A DNA stretch of 64,000 nucleotides from Planctomycetota bacterium (GTDB lineage Bacteria; Planctomycetota; SZUA-567; H5-PLA8): assembly GCA_038227875.1 (NCBI GenBank), contig JBBRPR010000027.1, forward strand, positions 41,153-105,152, in the 5' to 3' direction. The first letter of the stretch is position 1, and every line of letters starts with the position of its first letter. This document shows positions 18,376-27,141 of this stretch, in pieces. The position numbers and the translations under genes are program-made. The notes under the pieces were generated by a model, which ran no database searches, was not told where the DNA came from, and saw only the letters and a program-made list of their open reading frames with translations.

Positions 18376-19410
18376 TTACCGTCTCGCTCGAAGGCGAGCC
18401 TGATGATTGGGAGTTCCTGTCGCGTCGCCGGAAGTCGCGGTTTCATCGGACCAGACGCCGGTGGCCACGCGAACCTTGAATTCACCCGTGGACTGGTTGG
18501 TATTGTTGTTGGCGGTGTTCTCGGCGCAGAAGATTTTGACGTACAGCCGCAGCTTGTTGGGCGTGGCCCACTGCTTCGTGGCGCCGATCAGGAAAGGCTT
18601 GCCAGTGTCGCCCAGCTTCCCAACCACCGCGCCGGTCAGAAACGGCCGGTTGCCCCAGTTGGTCGTGCCTTCTGGGCCGGTCTGGAGGTTGCCGAAGAGG
18701 TTCACGGTGCCAGTACAAGTCACGGAGATCTTTTCGCCGGGTGTGGAATCGACGCCGGTATCGAACCAATCGTCCATGCCGGTGCTGGCGTCCAGCGTGA
18801 GGCTCTTGTCGGAACCATTGGCGAGAAAGCGGATCGAATCCAGGTCTTCGAGCTTCACTTTCACGTCGCCGATGTGGCTCTTGACTGTCACAGTCTCAAA
18901 TTGCAATGTGCCGGTCGCCTCGAATTCATCGGACTTGATCGAATCGTCGAGGACCAGTTTGGGATTGTTGTCGCCGATGCGCTTGAGAATCGCATCGATG
19001 CGGCTGCGCGCTTCGGCGGAGACCTTGCCTTTGACGTCGCGCAGCACGGAAGCGGCGGCCGCACCGCGTTCTTCCAGCCGCTTCTGCGCCTGGCCGCGGA
19101 CGTTGAACTCGTCACTGTCCAGATCCTTGATCAGGGCGAGGATGTCCGTTTCGTCCTGCTTGGCCAGACGGAATCCCGCGCGCACGCGGAGCACATGATT
19201 GAGGGGAAAGTTAAGCGTGCCGTAGGGCGTTTTTAGTGAGAGCGCATCGACGCCGGAAATTTCGCCCAGGAGCATCGAGCCATCGCGAAGATGAACTTCC
19301 ACCTGGTTGGGCGCGAACTTTTCGTCTGGAGTATCGTGATCGGTGGCGCCGCCGGCGAAGGCTGGAACGCAGAACATAAAGGCGGAAATCAGCAGTGCCA
19401 ATCGCTTCAT
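18376..19410 (-). CDS. Secreted paralog with a C-terminal PA-IL/LecA-like lectin domain
   Basis: Start MKRLALLISAFMFCVPAFA. The C-terminus TGAVVGKLGDTGKPFLIGATKQWATPNKLRLYVKIFCAENTANNNTNQSTGEFKVRVA has the same architecture as the downstream gene, which is 46 nt away. Confidence 0.6.
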   Translation of the reverse strand: MKRLALLISAFMFCVPAFAGGATDHDTPDEKFAPNQVEVHLRDGSMLLGEISGVDALSLKTPYGTLNFPLNHVLRVRAGFRLAKQDETDILALIKDLDSDEFNVRGQAQKRLEERGAAAASVLRDVKGKVSAEARSRIDAILKRIGDNNPKLVLDDSIKSDEFEATGTLQFETVTVKSHIGDVKVKLEDLDSIRFLANGSDKSLTLDASTGMDDWFDTGVDSTPGEKISVTCTGTVNLFGNLQTGPEGTTNWGNRPFLTGAVVGKLGDTGKPFLIGATKQWATPNKLRLYVKIFCAENTANNNTNQSTGEFKVRVATGVWSDETATSGDATGTPNHQARLRARR

Positions 19411-19588
19411 ATCACATCCCTCCAATTTGTATCGGCGTGTCGTTTAAAACCTCGCGACCTGTTTTGATGAATTCGAATTTAAACTTTTCTAAATTGGACT
19501 CCATGGGTTGACGAAAGTTACGATCGCTCCTTCAATTCGAAAATAGTTTCTTTGCTCGCATTTGATCTTCCTCGAACAATACACAATA

Positions 19589-19680
19589 AACAGCTCGTTC
19601 ATAAGCCCCTCGGCAAACGCCTCTACAGCCAGGCGTTTCACGGAGAACATTGGCAGAATGAAACTTTCCCCCGAGCTGTT
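19589..19680. other. Copy 1 of a structured sequence motif: outer stem AACAGCTCG/CGAGCTGTT enclosing inner hairpin AAACGCCT-CTACAGCC-AGGCGTTT plus conserved CACGG(A/T)GAA
   Basis: It lies in the divergent intergenic region between the lectin-like gene (start 19410, minus strand) and fmt (start 19790). See copy 2 at 38003..38088. Confidence 0.45.
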
Positions 19681-19789
19681 AGATAAGCACCACAGTCACG
19701 TGGTTACACAAGTTCAACGAGAACTGACACGAATAATTACGCACTTTTTGACAATTGCTTTGAGCATAAGTTCGTTGTCCAATAATCAC

Positions 19790-20764
19790 ATGCGCATCAT
19801 TTTCTGCGGAACTCCTGAATACGCCGTACCCTCACTCCAACGCCTCGCGGCCCTTGCGCCCACGCATGAAGTTGTGGCGGTCGTCTCTCAGCCGGATCGT
19901 CCCGTCGGACGCTCGCGTGCACTGACGTCACCGCCTGTAGTACAAGCCGCGCGGTCCTTGGGAATTCCGCCCGAGCGCATTTTTCAGCCCAAAAGCATCA
20001 ATAAGCCGGACGTATTGAATGCCCTCAGGGCGCTCGATTCCGATCTGCTCTGTGTCGTCGCCTACGGCAACCTGCTCAAAGCCGAGGCACTCGCCCTACC
20101 CAAACTTTACCCCATCAACGCACATGGATCGCTATTACCGCGCCATCGTGGAGCTGCTCCGATTCAGGCCGCGCTGCTGGCCGGAGACGCCGAGACCGGC
20201 ATCACGATCATGCGCATGGAACTGGCGTTGGATTCCGGGCCGATGATGCTCACGCGGTCAATTCCCATCCGACCCGAAGACGACGCCGGGACGCTTCACG
20301 ATACGCTGGCGCAACTCTCGGCGGCGTGTTTCGTGGAGGCCGTCGAGCAAATTGCCGCGGGGACCGCGCAGTTTACGCCGCAGGACGAAGCACGGGTGAC
20401 CTACGTTTCGAAGCTGGAGAAGGATTCCGGACAGATCGACTGGAACAAGGACGCCGAATTCCTCGGCCGCTTCGTCCGTGCGATGAACCCGTGGCCGGGC
20501 GCGTGGACGCGCGTGAGCGCCTCCGACGGCAGCGCGACGCTGCGCGTGCGGATCGCTCGGGCGCTTCCGGATTCCACGCCAACCGGCCCAGCCGGCGACG
20601 GCGTTCTGGAGGGAACCGGCGACGCGACCGTGTTTCGCATTGCCTGCGGTTCGGGAAGTCTGCGCGTCAGCACCGTGCAGCCGGAAGGCAAGCGCGAAAT
20701 GCGCGTCGCGGAGTTCGCGCGCGGATCAGGGAAGAAGTTCGCGCCGCATTCCAAGTGGGCTTAG
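19790..20764 (+). CDS. fmt: Methionyl-tRNA formyltransferase
   Basis: MRIIFCGTPEYAVPSLQRL...SQPDRPVGR...INAHGSLLPRHRGAAPIQ shows the formyltransferase N-domain with the SLLP/HxSLLPxxRG motif. The ORF track starts at 19562, but the first in-frame Met with Fmt homology is at 19790. Confidence 0.85.
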   Translation: MRIIFCGTPEYAVPSLQRLAALAPTHEVVAVVSQPDRPVGRSRALTSPPVVQAARSLGIPPERIFQPKSINKPDVLNALRALDSDLLCVVAYGNLLKAEALALPKLYPINAHGSLLPRHRGAAPIQAALLAGDAETGITIMRMELALDSGPMMLTRSIPIRPEDDAGTLHDTLAQLSAACFVEAVEQIAAGTAQFTPQDEARVTYVSKLEKDSGQIDWNKDAEFLGRFVRAMNPWPGAWTRVSASDGSATLRVRIARALPDSTPTGPAGDGVLEGTGDATVFRIACGSGSLRVSTVQPEGKREMRVAEFARGSGKKFAPHSKWA

Positions 20765-20773
20765 AATTCAAGC

Positions 20774-21736
20774 ATGCGTACCTGGCTTCCCATTCTGGTG
20801 ATCTTCAGTCTCTTCCTCGGCGTCTATACGTGGCGGCGGGCGAAATCGCAACCTGTGCCCGTGGCGCGCGCGCCTTTTCCGGGAGCGCAAGTGCCTGAGG
20901 GCGCGCTGCTGCCAGGCAGCCAGGTCACGGCGCGGATGATTCGCGGCGGGTTGCTGGTCGACGGCGATCTGGCCGATCCGCTTCAAGAGATCGACGCCGT
21001 CCGCGTCGGCACGCCGGAGAAACCGGAAGAGAAGGTGACCTTCAGCGGCGGCTGGACCTCGCCCGTGCGCGCGATCTGGTTTTTCGACGTCGATCCGGCC
21101 GCGAAGTACCGCGTAAACATCCGCACGCGCCACCGTTCCATGGCGGAGGTACTGACACCCGGAAAGACCGAGCCCCTGGAATTGCAGCGCGTCCGCGTGC
21201 ATGTCAAAGCATCAGAAGGTGGCGGCAAGGCCGTCGTCGCGAACTTTTCTCCCGATGGGGCGTGGCTGGCTGTTGGCACCAACGCGGGGGATTTGAAGCT
21301 GGTGTCGACGCCGGGAGATCAGACGCGGATTGATCTGCATGGGTTGGGGAAAATTGCGCGCCTTTTTTTTGCGTTCGATTTCAAAACTCTTTTCGTGTTT
21401 TCGAACGACAACGAATTTCGCACATTCGACATCGCCACTGGAAAGGAGTCACCCGAAAAGGTTGCCTTTCCTAAAATCAGTTTGACCATTCAAACATTCG
21501 ACGCGAACGTGATCGGGCATTCCGACGATGGGCGCTGGCTGGTCAAGACAGGAGCAGCCGCAGGCTCGATGGCGTTGTTCGATACTAAATTGGATAAACC
21601 GACTAAACCGGTCTACGCCATCGCCCACCCGTTCGCGGCGCTGTCGAGCGACGGACGTTATCTGGCCGTGATCGACGAGCGCAATCTCGCCACGGAGCCG
21701 GAAGAAGCGGATGTGGATGTGATTGTCGAGCACTAA
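20774..21736 (+). CDS. Membrane-anchored beta-propeller-like hypothetical protein
   Basis: 320 aa with an N-terminal TM helix. The repeated FSPDGAWLAVG and SSDGRYLAV blocks are WD40/PQQ-like. It starts 10 nt after the fmt stop. Confidence 0.5.
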   Translation: MRTWLPILVIFSLFLGVYTWRRAKSQPVPVARAPFPGAQVPEGALLPGSQVTARMIRGGLLVDGDLADPLQEIDAVRVGTPEKPEEKVTFSGGWTSPVRAIWFFDVDPAAKYRVNIRTRHRSMAEVLTPGKTEPLELQRVRVHVKASEGGGKAVVANFSPDGAWLAVGTNAGDLKLVSTPGDQTRIDLHGLGKIARLFFAFDFKTLFVFSNDNEFRTFDIATGKESPEKVAFPKISLTIQTFDANVIGHSDDGRWLVKTGAAAGSMALFDTKLDKPTKPVYAIAHPFAALSSDGRYLAVIDERNLATEPEEADVDVIVEH

Positions 21737-21872
21737 GAATTGGGAAGGGCGCCACCCTGTCACGAATTCGTTACAGGGTGTCTACTTTTAACGAGCGCGT
21801 AAATTTTCACACAGCGTTCTGCAACTCGAACTCGTATTCATCACTCATCATTCAAAATTCATCGTTTAGTTG

Positions 21873-23540
21873 TTACGCGCTTTGTTTCACCAATTGCGCC
21901 ACGACTTCCGTCAGCGTGGCCGGCTCGACGGGCTTGGCGAGGTGCCGCTGGAAACCTTCAGCCAGCGCGCGTTCGCGGTCTTCGGTCCGTGCGAACGCCG
22001 TCAACGCCACGGCCGGCATGTTGAAGCCGCGCTGACGCAGTTTCTGAATCAGCACGTAGCCGTCCTCGTCGGGCATGCCGATATCGCTGACGATGATGTG
22101 CGGCGTGAATGTGTCGAGGCGTGTCAGGGCGGCGGCGACGGACTCGGCGTGCAGCACTTCAGCGCCATACTTCTGGAGCACGAACGAGACGAAATCGCGC
22201 GCGTCGGGTTCGTCGTCGACCACCAGCACGCGCACGCCGGAGAGCACCGACTTGGCGTGCTCTTCGGTCATCAGGGTGGGCGGAGGCGCCGGATCGAGGT
22301 TGACCGCAGGGATCGGAAGGCGGATGGTAAACGCCGCGCCTTGGCCTTTTCCGCCGCTCTCGGCGGACACGCTGCCCCCGTGAAGTTCAATCAAATGCTT
22401 GACGATGGACAGGCCCAGTCCCAAGCCGCCGTAGCGGCGCGTGGCGGAACTGTCGAACTGGCTGAAGCGGCGGAAGAGCATCGGCATATACGACGGCTCA
22501 ATGCCTTCACCGGTGTCGCTCACGCGCATAAGAATGTGGGATTCCTGCCGCGAGAGGCGCACTTCGACGTTGCCGCCGCGGGGCGTGAACTTGATGGCGT
22601 TGTTGAGCAGATTCCAGACGGCCTGCTGCAGACGGTTGAAATCGCCGCGGATCGGGCCGACGGATTCTTCCATTACGAAGCGGACTTTGATCGCCTTGGC
22701 GTCGGCGGCGGAGCGGACGACGTCCATCGCGGCTTCAACCACCTGCGCCAGACCGACGGGCTTGAGATCGAGCTTGAGTTTTCCCGCGACGATACGGCTG
22801 ACGTCGAGCAGTTCCTCGATGATCGCGGCCTGCGCCTTGACGTTGCGCTCAATGATGCCCAGCGCGCGTTCCAGCTGCGGATTGCCGTGAAAATCCTCGA
22901 GCAGCACCTTGGTCCAGCCAAGAATGGGCGTGAGCGGCGTGCGCAGTTCGTGGCTGACCACGGCGAGGAATTCATCCTTCACGCGGCTGAGTTTTTCGGC
23001 TTCGTCGCGCGCGGCCTTGGTCTCGCGGAGTTCCAGCGCGCGCAGGTAAATTTCCGTCTCCATCTCCTCGGCGCGGTTTTCGAGCTCGTTCTGCTTGGCG
23101 CGTTGAGCGGCTTCCTGTTGCTTGAGCAGCACGTACTCGGTCACGTCTTCCACGCGGTGGATGATGTAGATGACCCGGTTGGCGGCGTCGAGCACCGGGG
23201 AATTCCGGGGACTCCAGTAGCGCACCTCAAACGTGCCTTTTTCCGGCGAACGGATGTCGTACTTCTGCACCGGCATGATGTCGGAGACGCGGCTGGCGAT
23301 TACGCGCTGCAGCGAAGCGCTCAGGTTTTTGACGCCGCTGGCGTTGGGGTCGTTCGGGTTGTCGGGGAATACGTTGAACAGATGACGCCCGATGATCGCT
23401 TCGCGCGCCGTCATGGTGGCGCGCAGGTAGGCCTCGCTGACCGCGACGATGGTTAGATCGGGCCGCAACACCAAGTACAGCCCCGGGGAGGATTCAAACA
23501 ATCGTTGATAATCAGTCGAAGGAAGGGGCGGTAGCGCCAT
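21873..23540 (-). CDS. Cytoplasmic hybrid sensor histidine kinase (PAS, HisKA, HATPase_c, receiver)
   Basis: H-box [10 protein letters not shown] boxes in [11 protein letters not shown]...DTGEGI, and a C-terminal receiver VLVVDDEPD...DIGMPDEDG. Confidence 0.85.
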   Translation of the reverse strand: MALPPLPSTDYQRLFESSPGLYLVLRPDLTIVAVSEAYLRATMTAREAIIGRHLFNVFPDNPNDPNASGVKNLSASLQRVIASRVSDIMPVQKYDIRSPEKGTFEVRYWSPRNSPVLDAANRVIYIIHRVEDVTEYVLLKQQEAAQRAKQNELENRAEEMETEIYLRALELRETKAARDEAEKLSRVKDEFLAVVSHELRTPLTPILGWTKVLLEDFHGNPQLERALGIIERNVKAQAAIIEELLDVSRIVAGKLKLDLKPVGLAQVVEAAMDVVRSAADAKAIKVRFVMEESVGPIRGDFNRLQQAVWNLLNNAIKFTPRGGNVEVRLSRQESHILMRVSDTGEGIEPSYMPMLFRRFSQFDSSATRRYGGLGLGLSIVKHLIELHGGSVSAESGGKGQGAAFTIRLPIPAVNLDPAPPPTLMTEEHAKSVLSGVRVLVVDDEPDARDFVSFVLQKYGAEVLHAESVAAALTRLDTFTPHIIVSDIGMPDEDGYVLIQKLRQRGFNMPAVALTAFARTEDRERALAEGFQRHLAKPVEPATLTEVVAQLVKQSA

Positions 23541-23629
23541 GGTTTCATCCCGGGTGAACAGCCATTCCGACTCCAGCGGAGTGTATCACGAGGGTGAAAA
23601 ATGCAAGAAGTTCGTAGAACCCAGCGGGG

Positions 23630-24133
23630 TTAGTCCATTTCTTCCGCGGGTTGAATGTAGGACGGGAAGTTGCCCTTGTATGCGTTCCAGGGAAAGCACT
23701 GGCTCGCAAAATTCTTCAAGGAGTTGCTCTTCGCGACGATAATTTTTGGGCGCAGCACCGCCGCGTACGTGTTCAAGAGCGCAATGGCATCCAGCAGCGA
23801 GCGGTACCCGCTCATCCCGGACATGTCGATATATATTTTGGTGAACGGCATCCCAAAATCCAACGCCGCGCGGACATCGAAGCCGTCGAGCACTTCAAAG
23901 CGCACGTGCGGATACTTTTCGCGCGCTCGGTCCAGGCATTCGGCGCTGATGTCCGTGCCGAGAACCTCTCGCGAAGCCTCCGCCAGCAGCGCCGTGGTGA
24001 TGCCGAACTCGCAACCGATCTCCAGGACCGTGTCGTCCTTGTTGACGCAGGTGGCGATGGTCTCCCTGTATTCATGCACGTTCTTCGTCGCGACGAATTT
24101 CGTGCGAATCCGGTACGGCTTTTCGGGTGTCAT
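23630..24133 (-). CDS. Small class I SAM-dependent methyltransferase-like protein
   Basis: 167 aa with motif I VLEIGCEFG. Confidence 0.5.
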   Translation of the reverse strand: MTPEKPYRIRTKFVATKNVHEYRETIATCVNKDDTVLEIGCEFGITTALLAEASREVLGTDISAECLDRAREKYPHVRFEVLDGFDVRAALDFGMPFTKIYIDMSGMSGYRSLLDAIALLNTYAAVLRPKIIVAKSNSLKNFASQCFPWNAYKGNFPSYIQPAEEMD

Positions 24134-24164
24134 GAAAAAATTCCTTGGACGAGCTCACTGCACA

Positions 24165-25946
24165 CTAGCGGTGGTTGTCGAAGATCGTGCCCTTGAACGG
24201 ATCGGTGGGCGTGCGGCGCTTGGCCGCATGCTTGCGCAGCTTCGGCGGCGGCGCGGGCTGTTCACCGCGCGCGAAGCGGTCGAGCATGTCTTTAAGTTCT
24301 TCGCGCAGGCTGGGCTTTTCAATCAACTCTTCGCAATCCTTTTTCGGCACGGTCTGGTCCGCGTCGGAGAGCTGCACAATATAATTCTCGCCCTTCTCGT
24401 CGAGGCGGATGCGGCCGTGGAATTCCGTGCCATCCTTCTTGACCAGCACTTGCGTGTGGAACATGCGGGGATCGCGGTAGCCGAGCTGCGCGGAACGGTC
24501 GAAGGCGTTGAGCGCGATGTGGCATTCGCTCTCGTCGCGCTGCAGGGCCGCCAGCGCCGTGGCGAGGCCGAAGTTCGCCGATCCGGAATCGGGATCGAGG
24601 ATCAGAATCTTTTTGAACACCGCCGCGGCCTCTTCCCACTGCCCGAGTTCCAGCAGCACCGCGCCCTGTTCATTCAGGGACGCGAGATTGAACGGACTGG
24701 CCACGATCGCCGCTTCCAGATATGTCCGCGCCGGGGCGTAATGTCCGGTGATGACGTTGCATAGCGCAAGTTGATACGCGGCCTGATGCAGGCGGGGATA
24801 GATCTGCAGAGACGCCGAGAACCACTTCAGCGCTTCTTCCCACGTATCGAAGCTGGGCTGATTGCTGAGTAAATCTCCCTGTTCGCCACTGCCCCAGCCG
24901 CTACGGTCGCGCGCCATGGCCTTGACGAAGCTGGCGTCTTTCAACGCGCGGTCCTTGAAGTTCAAGCCTTGGTCGAAGTCATAAAGCGCGCGGGCCATCT
25001 CTTCGCGTTCGTCGGGAATCAGCGGCTCGTGCTTCTTCTTGCGTTCGGCGTTTTCTTTTTCGCGCGCAACGGCCTTGTCTTTCAGCGCATCGAAGAAATC
25101 CTGCAACCGTTCGATCGACAACGACGCCAGGTCTAGCACGCCCGTCGTATCCTTCGGGCCGGCTTCAAGAGCAAGTTTGCGGGCGACGGTGTAGCTTTGC
25201 AGCGCGTCTTCGTAGAAGCCGGTCTCTTCCTGCGCCACGGCCAGCGTGTAAACGCCCAGCGCGCGAATCTCCGGTTGTTTCGGCACGCCGACGCCCTGGC
25301 CGTCCTCGTTCCATCCCTTGAGGAGCTTGATTGCTTCCTGCGGTCGGCCGTACGCGGCCAGCGCCACGGCCAGCGAGATGCGCGTCTTCGCATCAGTCGG
25401 GACCAGATCGAGCGCCTGATAATAGGAGACGATCGCCGCGTCGGTTTCTCCCGCGCGTTCCAGCACCGCGCCGAGCGAGCGTCGCAGATCGGCTTTGAAC
25501 TCCGCCTTCTCCTCGTCGGTGTAGGCGCTTAAATGTTTGAGCGTTTTGTCGTCGGCGTACTTCAAGGCCATTTCAAGCGCCGCGCGGGCATGGACAAACT
25601 GGCGCTGGCCGATCCAGAAGCGCGCGTACTCCGCGAGTGCGCGCGGGTTCTTGGGGTCTTTCTCCAACGCGGCGCGGAACGCTTTCTGGGCGTCCTTGTA
25701 ACGGTCCAGCTGCTGGTCGCGCAGCTCGATCTGCTGCTCGGGGTTGTCGATGGAAACTTTGTGGGCCTGCTCGCCGAGGCGGTCGCCATCCAGCGCGGCC
25801 TTTCGCGCAGCGGCCAGGTCGTCGGAGATATCGGCGGTCAGCGGTTCGCTTGTCTGCGCGGCGCGGGCCACAGTGATGCTCGCACACAACAGAAACGCGG
25901 CAAGTACTGCCCGGCGGAGTTGCAGAAGTGAAAACACGTTGGGCAT
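24165..25946 (-). CDS. Secreted tetratricopeptide-repeat protein
   Basis: 593 aa with a signal peptide and multiple TPR-like helical pairs. Confidence 0.7.
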   Translation of the reverse strand: MPNVFSLLQLRRAVLAAFLLCASITVARAAQTSEPLTADISDDLAAARKAALDGDRLGEQAHKVSIDNPEQQIELRDQQLDRYKDAQKAFRAALEKDPKNPRALAEYARFWIGQRQFVHARAALEMALKYADDKTLKHLSAYTDEEKAEFKADLRRSLGAVLERAGETDAAIVSYYQALDLVPTDAKTRISLAVALAAYGRPQEAIKLLKGWNEDGQGVGVPKQPEIRALGVYTLAVAQEETGFYEDALQSYTVARKLALEAGPKDTTGVLDLASLSIERLQDFFDALKDKAVAREKENAERKKKHEPLIPDEREEMARALYDFDQGLNFKDRALKDASFVKAMARDRSGWGSGEQGDLLSNQPSFDTWEEALKWFSASLQIYPRLHQAAYQLALCNVITGHYAPARTYLEAAIVASPFNLASLNEQGAVLLELGQWEEAAAVFKKILILDPDSGSANFGLATALAALQRDESECHIALNAFDRSAQLGYRDPRMFHTQVLVKKDGTEFHGRIRLDEKGENYIVQLSDADQTVPKKDCEELIEKPSLREELKDMLDRFARGEQPAPPPKLRKHAAKRRTPTDPFKGTIFDNHR

Positions 25947-26008
25947 GGGAGTAAGGCTACTCCCATTTTCTTCTTGTCAAGGCGCGTGAAGAGGGATACT
26001 TAACGTGC

Positions 26009-27118
26009 ATGGCAACAGCGCCCACGTCACCTTCCAATCCAACTCCAGGTTCCGCCGGTTCCGGAGGCGGTGGCGGCGCACGTCCCGCCGGCCGTCCAAA
26101 TGCGCCCGGGGCTGCGTTTCGCCCTGCGACGAATGCGCCCGGCGGCGCGCGTCCGGCCTCTTCAGTGCCCGGCTCCAGCGCACCCAAACCGGACATTAAA
26201 CCGGTGGCGCCCGACGCGTCCGATAGCGACCGCATGCGCAAGCCCGGTGCGGCGATGCGAAACAACACGGCCAGCACCGCGCCCACGGCCAAGCACCCGC
26301 CGGTCAATCCCAACGCCATCTCCGGCAACTTGCCGAAAGCCGTGAATCCCAATTCTGTTTCCGGCACACTGCCGAAAGCGGTGAATCCCAATTCCGTCTC
26401 GGGCAACTTGCCGAAAATCGGTGGGCGACCGCCGTCGGGCAAAGCTCCGCCGTCCGACCTTGCCGCGCGCCGCGAAGCGCTCGGACTTTCTTCAATGAAG
26501 CCCTCCGAAATGATCGCGGGCCTGGATGAAGCGGCCGCACGCGCGGAGAAGCTCGAAAAGCGCGAAGAAGCCAAACGCAAAGGCGGCGGCAACACCCTCA
26601 ACACCGCGCTCCACGTCGACGACACCGGCAAGAAATGGTCGCGCATGGTGTTGCTGTCGCTGGCGGGCGTGATCGCGCTGGTGGTGCTGATCGGCGCCGG
26701 GATGATTTATCTGTCCAACCGCAAGTCGCTCTCGCCGGCCGAAGGCAACCAGTTGACCCGCCAATGGGTGCGCGATTTGGGCCTGATCGCTCAAAAAATG
26801 AAACCCTTCGAACTGGATGAGAAACCTCCATTGGACAAGGTGAAAGAGCGCCTGACCGAAGGCATCAATGCGGAATTGGACGATGTCAAAGCGACTATAA
26901 AGGCTCAGGAGGACGTGCACCGGCCTCCCAGCAGCCGCGACATTGAATGGAAGGAAGAACTGCTCGAATTGCAGAAATATCAGGATGCCTGGGCTCAACC
27001 GTTCATGTTCAATTTGGACGACGACAAGCTGACGATTTCCGCCAAGGGCAAGTCCGAGCCCGGGCGTTCAATCGACCCGGTAATCGTGAAGCTCCCCCGC
27101 CGCAAGCCGTCTAAATAG
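26009..27118 (+). CDS. Pro/Ala-rich single-pass membrane protein with three tandem 13-aa repeats
   Basis: It has a low-complexity N-terminus, a 3 x 39-nt tandem repeat (26303..26419, VNPNxxSGxLPKA), one TM helix and a charged C-terminal domain. The start codon is uncertain. Confidence 0.45.
   Translation: MATAPTSPSNPTPGSAGSGGGGGARPAGRPNAPGAAFRPATNAPGGARPASSVPGSSAPKPDIKPVAPDASDSDRMRKPGAAMRNNTASTAPTAKHPPVNPNAISGNLPKAVNPNSVSGTLPKAVNPNSVSGNLPKIGGRPPSGKAPPSDLAARREALGLSSMKPSEMIAGLDEAAARAEKLEKREEAKRKGGGNTLNTALHVDDTGKKWSRMVLLSLAGVIALVVLIGAGMIYLSNRKSLSPAEGNQLTRQWVRDLGLIAQKMKPFELDEKPPLDKVKERLTEGINAELDDVKATIKAQEDVHRPPSSRDIEWKEELLELQKYQDAWAQPFMFNLDDDKLTISAKGKSEPGRSIDPVIVKLPRRKPSK
26303..26419 (+). repeat. 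3 x 39-nt in-frame tandem repeat inside the 26009..27118 CDS
   Basis: gtcaatcccaacgccatctccggcaacttgccgaaagcc / gtgaatcccaattctgtttccggcacactgccgaaagcg / gtgaatcccaattccgtctcgggcaacttgccgaaaatc. Confidence 0.8.
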
Positions 27119-27141
27119 CCGTGCTTCCCAGCCCGAAATTC

